Below, piece by piece: positions 50,201 to 64,000 of a stretch of DNA of 64,000 nucleotides (positions are counted from its first letter, which is position 1; each line of letters begins with the position of its first letter). The stretch lies in the NCBI RefSeq assembly GCF_009914755.1, contig NC_060932.1; one strand, written 5' to 3'. The translations under genes and the position numbers were made by a program. Origin of the DNA: the human T2T-CHM13v2.0 reference genome, Homo sapiens. The notes below the pieces were generated by a model. It had not been told where the DNA came from and did not search any database. It saw only the letters and a list, made by a program, of their open reading frames with translations.

Positions 50201-53200
50201 CGGTTTGTGATTTAATGTTTTCTCTAGAAGAAGAGAAATAAGAAAATGTCCACTATCACTACTTCTATTCAACAACAAATTAGAGGTCCTGGCCATTGTA
50301 GTAGTGCGTGTAAGACGAAATAAAAGTTATATAGATTGGAAATAAATAAATAAAATTATCCTTCTTATGGACAACATCACATACATAAAAAGTTTTGTGA
50401 ATTAAGTAAGGTTATACAACACAATGTCATTATACAAACATCATTTGCCTATTTACATACTAGTAACAAATTTTAGAAAAATGAAATTTAAAATTAAATT
50501 TTATAAAAGTTTAATAAAACATAAAATACTTAGGGACAAGTTTGACAAAATATAAATAATACCTGCACACTGAAAGCTATAAAACAGTATTGGGAGAACA
50601 AAAAGGAAGATATAAATAAATGAAGAAATATATCTTGCTCATGAATTGGAATACTTTATATTGTCAAGATGTCAATTTCTTCCAGGTTGATATACAGATT
50701 CAATGTGACCCCAATCCAAACCCTGATAGACTATCTTTAAATAAGAATTGGCATGCTGAGGGTGGAGCAAGATGGCTGAATAGAAGCCTCCACCAATTAT
50801 TCCCTCTGTAGGAACACCAAATTTTAACACTATCTGCACACTAAAAAGCACCTTCATAAAAGCGCAAATCAAGTGAGCACTCATAGTACCTGGTTTTAAT
50901 TTCATGTCACTGAAAGAGGAACTACAGAGGCTAGGCAAGAAAATCTTATATCATCAATGCCACTTCTCCCCACTCCCCAGGCAGTGACTATATGGCATAG
51001 GGAAAGAATCTGTGCACTTGAGAGAAGGAGAGCATATGAACTGGGGAACTTTGCATTGAACTCAGTGCTGCCCTGTCACAGCAGAAAACAAAATGACACT
51101 GACTCAGTTGGCACCTTTCCACAGAGGAAGCATTTGGACCCGACCTAGACAGAGGGGAAGTGCCCAACCCAGTGGTCGGTACCTGAGTTTCTCAACAAGC
51201 CTTGCCACTAGGAGTTAAGTGCTCTGGGGTTCTAAGTGAACTTGAAAGGCAGGCTAAGACACAAGGATTCCAATTCTTGAGAAGTTCTGATGCTGTGCTG
51301 GGCTTAGAGCCAGTGGACTGGGGCAGTGCCTGACCTACTGAGACATCAGACAGAGGGACTGAGGAAGTGCTATGCAACCCACCCAAAACCCTGTGCAATG
51401 CAGCTCACAGCAATGACAGTGACTGCTTCTTTCCACTCTAGGAGAGAAAAGCGTAAAGAGGATTTTGTCTTGTATCTTAGATACCAGCTCAGCCACAGGA
51501 GGACAGGGCACTAGACAGAGTCATGGGGCCCCCATCCCAGGCTCTAGCTCCTGGACATTTCCAGACACACTTTGGGCCAGAAAGGAACCCACAGCCTTGA
51601 AGGGAGAGACCCAGTCCTGGCCGTATTCAGCACCTTCTGACTAAGGAATCCTTGGGCGCTGAATAACCAACAGTATACCATGAACCTTTCGTAAGACTTA
51701 CTTAGAGATGTGCTGGTTTCAGGTACCAGCTCAGCCAAAGTAGGTTAGAGCACCAAGCAGCCTCTTGGGGTCCCTCGATCCTGACCTAGGCTGTTGGAAA
51801 ACATTTCTGGACCTTCCCCAGGCCAGAGAGGATCCAACTTCCTGGAAGAGGGAGTTGAGGCCTAGCAGCATTAACCATGAGCTGACTGAAGAGCCCATGG
51901 AGGCTAAGTGAACACAAGTGGTAACCTTCCAGAACTCTCAGTGTGCCAGTGGTTGTGACAGCCATGGGGAGAGGCAGCACTACCTGTGGAAAGGAGAGAG
52001 AAGAGTGGAAGAACTTTGCCTTGTGGTTTGAGTGCCAGCTTAGCTGTAGTAGAATAGAATAGCAGGTAGATTTCTAAGGTTTTTGACTTCAACTCCTGCC
52101 TCCCAGACAAAAACCCTGAACCCACCTAGAGCATAGGGGAATTTGTTGCCCTGAAAGGAAGGATATAAACTTGGCTTGCTTTACCACCTGCTGACTGTAG
52201 AGCTCTAGGGCTTTGAGTGAACACAGATGGTAGCCAGGTAGTGGTTACATTAGGCCTTGGGCAGGACCCAGTTCCATGCTGGCTTCAGGCCTGACCCATG
52301 GTGGTTCCATTGGTGGTAACCACAGTGGTGCTTGTGTCACCCAACCATCAGCTCCAGATGGCTCAGCAAAGACACAGAGGAGACTCAGTTATTTTGGGAG
52401 AAGGTAAGGGAAGAGAACAAGAATCTCTGGTAATCCAGAGAATTCTTTCCAATCTTATCCGAGACCACAAGGTGGTACCTCTATGAGCCTGCAAAAACCA
52501 CAACATTACTGGGTTCAGGGTGCAAGTCCCTTTGAATACCTGGAAAGTCTTCACAAGAAGAGCAGGCACAAACAAGCCAGACTGTGATGACTACAATAAA
52601 TAACTAACTCTTAAATGCCCAGACACTGACAAATATCTACAAGCATCAAGATCAGCCATGAAAACATGACCTCATCAAACAAACTAAATAAGGCACCAGG
52701 AGCCAATCTTGGAGAAACAGGAATTATGTGAACTTTCAGATAAAGAATTTAAAATAGCTGTTTTGAAGAAACTCAAAGAAATTCAAGATAACACAGTGAA
52801 AGAATTCAGAATTCTATCAGACACATTTAACAGGAGTTAAAATAATTGAAAAGAGTCAAGCAGAAATTCTAGAGTTGAAAAATGCAATTGACATACTGAA
52901 GAATGCCATCAGTCTCTAAATAGCAGAATTGATCAAACAGAAGAAAGAATTGCTGAGCTTGAAGAAATAATATTTGAAAATACATAGGCAGAGGAGACAA
53001 GAGAAAAAAATGCAAAACAGTAAAGCACACCTACAAAATCTAGAAAATTATGTCAAAAGAGCAAATCAAAGATATTGGCCTTAAAGAGGAGGTAGAGAAA
53101 AAGATAAGAGGAGAAAGTTTATTCAAATAGATAATATTAGAGAACTTCCCAAACTTAGAGAAAGATATCAATATTGAAGTACAAGGTTATAGAAGACCAA

Positions 53201-53887
53201 GCAGATTAAACCCAAAGAAGACTATATCAAGGCATTTAATAATCAAATTCTCAAAGGTCAAGGATAAAGAAAGAATCCCAAGAGCAATAAGAGAAAACAA
53301 ACAAATAACATACAATGGAACTACAAAACGTCTGGCAGCAGGCTTTCAGTGGAAACCTTGCAGGCAAGAGAGAGTGGAATGACATATTTCAAGTGTTAAA
53401 GAAAACAAACATTTACCCTAGAATAGAATACCTGGTGAAAATGTTCTTCAAACGTAAAGGATAAATAAAAGCTTTCCCAGACAAACAAAAGCTGAGGGAT
53501 TTCAACAATATCAGATCTGTCCAACAATACATGCTAAAGGGAGTTCTTCAATCAGAAAGGAAAGGATGTGAGTGTGCAATAAGGAATCATCTGAAGGTAT
53601 GAAACTCACTGGTAATAGTAAGTATGCATGAAAACAAAAATTATTATAATATCGTAATTATGGTGTGTAAATTACTCTTATATTAAGTAGAAAGACTAAA
53701 TTATGAACCAATCAAAAATAACAACGATAAGTTTTCAAAACATAGACACTACAAATAAAACGTAAAGAGGAACAACAGAGAGTTAAAAAGCAGGGAGACA
53801 AAATTAAAGTTGAGAGTTTTTATTAGTTTTCTTTTGCTTGTTTGTTTATGCAATCCATTTTTGTCATCAGTTTAAAATAACAAGTTA

Positions 53888-54293
<406 letters not shown>

Positions 54294-55706
54294 TTATCTT
54301 TACTAAAAGAAAGACAAGAAGGAAAGAAAAAGAAAGAGAAGTCCAGAAAACAATAACAAAATAAGAGAAGTAAGTCCTTATCTATTAATAATAACATTGA
54401 ATATTCATTACCTAAACTCTCCAATAAAAAGACATAGAGTGGATAAATAAATAAAAATAAACAAGACACAGTGACCTGTTGCCTACAAGAAACATATTTC
54501 ACCTACAAAGATACACATAGACTGAAAATAAAGGGATGGAAAATGATATTTCATGCAAATGAAAGCCCCAAAAAAGTAGGAGAAGGTATGCTTATATCAG
54601 ACAAAATAGACTTCAAGAAAAAACTGAAAGGAGAGAAAAAGAAAGTCATTAAATAATAATAAAGGGGTTAATTATTCAACAGATATGACGATTGTAAATA
54701 TATGTGCACCCAACACTGAAGCACCCAGATTTATAAAGCAAATATTATTAGAGCTGAAGAGAGAAATAGACCTCAATACAGTAACAGCTGGAGACTTCAA
54801 CATCCTGCTTTCAGAATTGGACAGATCTTCCAGACAGAAAATCAACAAGAAAACGTTGGACTTAATCTGCACTATAGAACAAAAGGACCTAATAGAGATT
54901 TACAAAACATTTCCTGCAGAATACACATTCTTTTCCTTAACACATAAATTATTCTCAAAAATAAACCACATGTTACGTCCCAAAGCAAGTCTTAAAAGAT
55001 TCCAAAAAAATTGAATAATCTCAAACATCTTCTCTGACAACAATGAAATAAAACTAGTGATCAATAACAACAGGAAACTTGGAAACTATATAATCACATG
55101 GTGAATAAACAATATGTCCCTGAATGACCAGTGGGTCAATGAAGAAATTTTAGAAGAAAACTGAAAAATTTATCGAAACAAATGATAATGGAAACACAAC
55201 ATAACAAAACCTATGGGATATAGCAAAAGCAGTAATAAGAGGGAAATATGTAAGTGCCTACATCAAAAAAGAAAAACAAACTTTAAGTAACCTATTGATG
55301 CATCTTAAAGAACTAAAAAAAAAAGAGCAAACCAAACCCAAAATTAGTAGAAGTAAAGAAATAATAAAGATCAGAGAACAAATAAATAAAACTGAAATGA
55401 AGAAAACAAAACAAATGATTGATGCAACCATTTGTTTTTTGAAAAGACAAAGTTGACATATAATTAGCCAGAATAACTTAGATGAAAAGAAAGAAAACCC
55501 AAATAAATAAAATAAGAGATGAAAAAGGAGACATTACAACTGATAACACAGAATTTTAAAGGAGTATTTGTGGCTACTGTAGGCAACTATATACCAATAA
55601 ATTGGAAAATCTAGAGGAAATGGATACATTTCTAGACACAACCTACCAAGATTGAGCCATGAAGAAATTCAATACCTGAACAGACTAATAACAAGTAATG
55701 GGTTTG

Positions 55707-56093
<387 letters not shown>

Positions 56094-57506
56094 TCACTGC
56101 TGAATTCTATCAAACATTTAAAGAAGAACTGATACCAATCCTACTCAAACTCTTCTGAAAAATAGAGGTGGAAGTACTTTCAAACTCATTCCTTTAGGCC
56201 AATATTACCCTGATACCAAAACCAGACAAAGACATATAAAAAATAATAATAAGAGAAAACTACAGGCTAATATCCCTGATGCATACTGATGCAAAAATTA
56301 ACAACAAATATTAGCAAACCAAATTCAACAATATAGTAAAAATACAATTTATCATGATCAAGTGGGATTTATCTCAGGAATGCAAGGATGGTTCAGCATA
56401 TGCAAATGAATCAATATGGTACATAGTTCAGCAGAATGAAAGACAAAAACCGTCTGATCATTTCAATTGATGCTGAAAAAGCATTTGATAAACTTCAACA
56501 TTTTTTATGAAAAAAACCCTCAAAAAACTGGGTGCAGAAGAAACATACCTCAATATAATAAAAGCCATATACAACAGACCCATAGCTAGTATCATACTGA
56601 ATAGGGAAAATAGAAAGCCTTTCCTTTAAGGTTTGAAACAATACAAGGATTCCCACTCTACCACTGTTATTTAACCTAGTACTAGAAGTCTTAGAGGATT
56701 CAGACAAGAGAGAGAAATAAAGGTCGAGGGGCAGCCAAGATGGCCGAATAGGAACAGCTCCGGTCTACAGCTCCCAGCGTGAGCGACACAGAAGACGGGT
56801 GATTTCTGCATTTCCATCTGAGGTACCGGGTTCATCTCACTAGGGAGTGCCAGACAGTGGGCGCAGGACAGTGGGTGCAGTGCACCGTGCGCGAGCTGAA
56901 GCAGGGCGAGGCATTGCCTCACTCGGGAAGCACAAGGGGTCAGGGAGTTTCCTTTCCTAGTCAAAGAAAGGGGTGACAGACAGCACCTGGAAAGTCAGGT
57001 CACTCCCACCCTAATACTGCACTTTTCCAACGGGCTTAAAAAATGGGGCACCAGGAGAGTATATCCCGCACCTGGCTCGGAGGGTCCTACGCCAACGGAG
57101 TCTGGCTGATTGCTAGCACAGCAGTCTGAGATCAAACTGCAAGGCAGCAGTGAGGCTGGGGGAGGGGCGTCCGCCATTGCCCAGGCTTGCTTAGGTAAAC
57201 AAAGCAGCCGGGAAGCTTGAACTGCGTGGAGCCCACCGCAGCTCAAGGAGGCCCGCCTGCCTCTGTAGGCTCCACCTCTAGGGGCAGGGCACAGACAAAC
57301 AAAAAGACAGCAGTAACCTCTGCAGACTTAAATGTCCCTGTCTGACAGTTTGAAGAGAGAAGTGGTTCTCCCAGCAAGCAGCTGGAGATCTGAGAACAGG
57401 CAGACTGCCTCCTCAAGTGGGTCCCTGACCCCTGACTCCCGAGCAGCCTAACTGGGAGGCACCCCCCAGTGGGGGCAGACTGACACCTCACACGGCCGGG
57501 TACTCC

Positions 57507-57634
57507 TCTGAGGAAAAACTTCCAGAGGAATGATCAGACAGCAGTATTTGTGGTTCACGAAAATCTGCTGTTCTGCAGCCACCGCTGCTGGTACCCAGGC
57601 AAACAGGGTCTGGAGTGGACCTCTAGCAAACTCC
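57507..57634 (+). promoter_or_regulatory. ~129-bp L1 5'UTR segment containing the ZNF93 binding site
   Basis: 128 bp present in D and absent in A, B, C, bounded by ACTCC repeats; includes CTGCAGCCACCGCTGCTG. Confidence 0.8.
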
Positions 57635-57759
57635 AACAGACCTGCAGCTGAGGGTCCTGTCTGTTAGAAGGAAAACTAACAAACAGAAAGGACATCCACA
57701 CCAAAAACCCATCTGTACATCACCATCATCAAAGACCAAAAGCAGATAAAACCACAAAG

Positions 57760-58778
57760 ATGGGGAAAAAACAGAACAGAAAAACTGGAAACTCTAAAAA
57801 GCAGAGTGCCTCTCCTCCTCCAAAGGAATGCAGTTCCTCACCAGCAACAAAACAAAGCTGGACAGAGAATGACTGTGACGAGTTGAGAGAAGAAGGCTTC
57901 AGACAATCAAACTACTCCGAGCTACAGGAGGAAATTCAAACTAAAGGAAAAGAAGTTAAAAACTTTGAAAAAATTTAGACGAATGTATAACTAGAATAAC
58001 CAATACAGAGAAGTGCTTAAAGGAGCTGATGGAGCTGAAAGCCAAGGCTCGAGAACTACATGAAGAATGCAGAAGCCTCAGGAGCCGACGCGATCAACTG
58101 GAAAAAAGGGTATCATCAGCGATGGAAGATGAAGTGAATGAAATGAAGCGAGAAGGGAAGTTTAGAGAAAAAAGAATAAAAAGAAATGAACAAAGCCTCC
58201 AAGAAATATGGGACTATGTGAAAAGGCCAAATCTACGTCTGATTGGTGTACCTGAAAGTGACGGGGAGAATGGAACCAAGTTGGAAAACACTCTGCAGGA
58301 TATTATCCAGGAGAACTTCCCCAATCTAGCAAGGCAGGCCAACGTTCAGATTCAGGAAATACAGAGAACGCCACAAAGATACTCCTCGAGAAGAATAACT
58401 CCAAGACACATAATTGTTATATGCACCAAAGTTGAAATGAAGGAAAAAATGTTAAGGGCAGCCAGAGAGAAAGGTCGGGTTACCCACAAAGGGAAGCCCA
58501 CCAGGCTAACAGCTGATCTCTCGGCAGAAACTCTACAAGCCAGAAGAGAGTGGGGGCCAATATTCAACATTCTTAAAGAAAAGAATTTTCAACCCCGAAT
58601 TTCATATCCAGCCAAATGAAGCTTCATAAGTGAAGGAGAAATAAAATACTTTACAGACAAGCAAAGGCTGAGAGATTTTGTCACCACCAGGCCTGCCCTA
58701 AAAGACCTCCTGAAGGAAGTGCTAAACATGGAAAGGAACAACCGGTACCAGTCACTGCAAAAGCATGCCAAATTGTAA
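57760..58778 (+). pseudogene. ORF1: Disrupted L1 ORF1 of copy D
   Basis: Frameshift near 57970; stop at 58617-58619. Confidence 0.93.
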
Positions 58779-58826
58779 AGACCATCAAGGCTAGGAAGAA
58801 ACTGCATCAACTAACAAGCAAAATAA

Positions 58827-62655
<3,829 letters not shown>

Positions 62656-63067
62656 ACAATGAGAACACATGGACACAGGAAGGGGAACATCACACACCAG
62701 GGTCTGTTGTGCGTTGGGGGGAGGGGGGAGGGATAGCATTAGGGGATATACCTAATGTAAATGACGAGTTAATGTGTGCAGCACAACAACATGGCACATG
62801 TATACGTATGTAACCAACCTGCACGTTGTGCACATGTACTCTATAACTTAAAGTACAAAAAAAAAAAAAAAAGCCCTGCACAACAAAGGAAACAATCAAC
62901 AAAATGAAGATGGAACCTACAGTCATAAAAGAAATGAGATTCCATTATTTGCAACAACATGGATGAAAATGGAATTCGTTAGGTAAAATCAGTCAGGAAC
63001 AGAAAGACAAACTTCACATATTCTCACTTATTTGTGGGAGCTAAAAATTAAAACAAGCTCATTTTTT

Positions 63068-64000
63068 GAGGAAGATGATGGTGTATAGGAGACAGGGTTA
63101 ATGTTCAATTTCCATCTGGATGGACAGAACAGTGTGTGGAGGCTCACACTATGAACATTTGCTCCAAGAACCACCACAAGAATGCACGAGGAAAACTGAA
63201 GGAATTCACAGACCCTTTGAAAGAAGTGTCATGCTGTTGCAAATTCCATGAGACAGGAGAAAAACTGAATTCCCAAAGTGCGAGTGGGGAAAACCTGCCT
63301 CAGAACATGCATCCTTACTGGGGAATCTGAAAATCCAGATCACAGGAGAAGGATTTAACCTTACCCAGAGCTGAAATGAATTTAGGGAGCTGCGCAAAAT
63401 ATGAAAGTGGAAGCAGCAGCAGGAAAAGCCTTGTAGGCATTCTAGGTCCCCAGCTCAAGCCCAGGGAAGCCATCCCTGACTATATTCCACTGGGGCCCTT
63501 GGAGAAGGCAGCCACCAAAATTAAAGAGGGGTCACAGGGTGAAAGAAGCTTCCAATTGAAATTTGGGATAATTTCGACTGGGCATGAATTTTCTTAAGCA
63601 GAATCCAGAAGCAAATAGGAACTGCTGGAGACATGAGTGCAAGAGTCCACTGCCAATATTGTGGGCAGATGGGGAGGGAGAGGCCTAAAAGCTGTGCTTG
63701 CTTTCTTAGCAGGGAAGCTTACTGTCTGGGGGAAGGTCTGAGCGGGGCACTGTGGAGCAAGGCTTCTTGCCAACCATGTAGGAACTGGGTAAGGCCTTTC
63801 ATTAGTAACTATCCCCCAATTCCCTGGCAAACTATGACACTGCAGAGGCAGCCATAATCCCCTATGGAACTTAACTGTATTGGTCTGAGAGCCACCCCCT
63901 CCTACCTCCACAGTGGCAATAGCAAGCCCCACCCAAGGAGAGTCTGAGCCCAGATCTGCCTAAATCTGCTCCCACCTGATAGTATTTCTCTACCCACCCT
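63068..64000 (+). mobile_element. 5'UTR of an L1PB-family element, running off the window
   Basis: GGACAGAACAGTGTGTGGAGGCTCAC...GCTCCAAGAACC...CACAGACCCTTTGAAAG resembles L1PB-type 5' ends. Confidence 0.7.

Overview
AT-rich hominoid (human-like) genomic DNA with no recognisable host protein-coding gene, roughly 60% LINE-1. It holds four full-length or near full-length young L1s. Copy A (514-6073, minus) is a spliced SpIRE97/622-type element with a doubled 3' end. Copy B (7824-13859, plus) lies head-to-head with A and has an 18-nt 5' extension and intact ORF0. Copy C (41480-47535) has an intact ORF1. Copy D (56726-62872) is an older ZNF93-site-bearing type with no TSD and about 1 kb of target deleted. 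A nested stack of older L1M/L1MA/L1PB, Alu and MLT1 elements covers about 39.6-64 kb. The middle region has scattered LTRs (MER39, MER21, MLT1, MLT2), MER6, MIR and L2. The most unusual signal is that neighbouring L1 copies with independent TSDs share identical nonsense mutations and other variants, which suggests local ectopic gene conversion (assembly chimerism not excluded). Three phase-compatible candidate minus-strand micro-exons lie downstream of an L1 antisense promoter. Subfamily names come from recalled consensus features, not a database search, and old-repeat boundaries are approximate.
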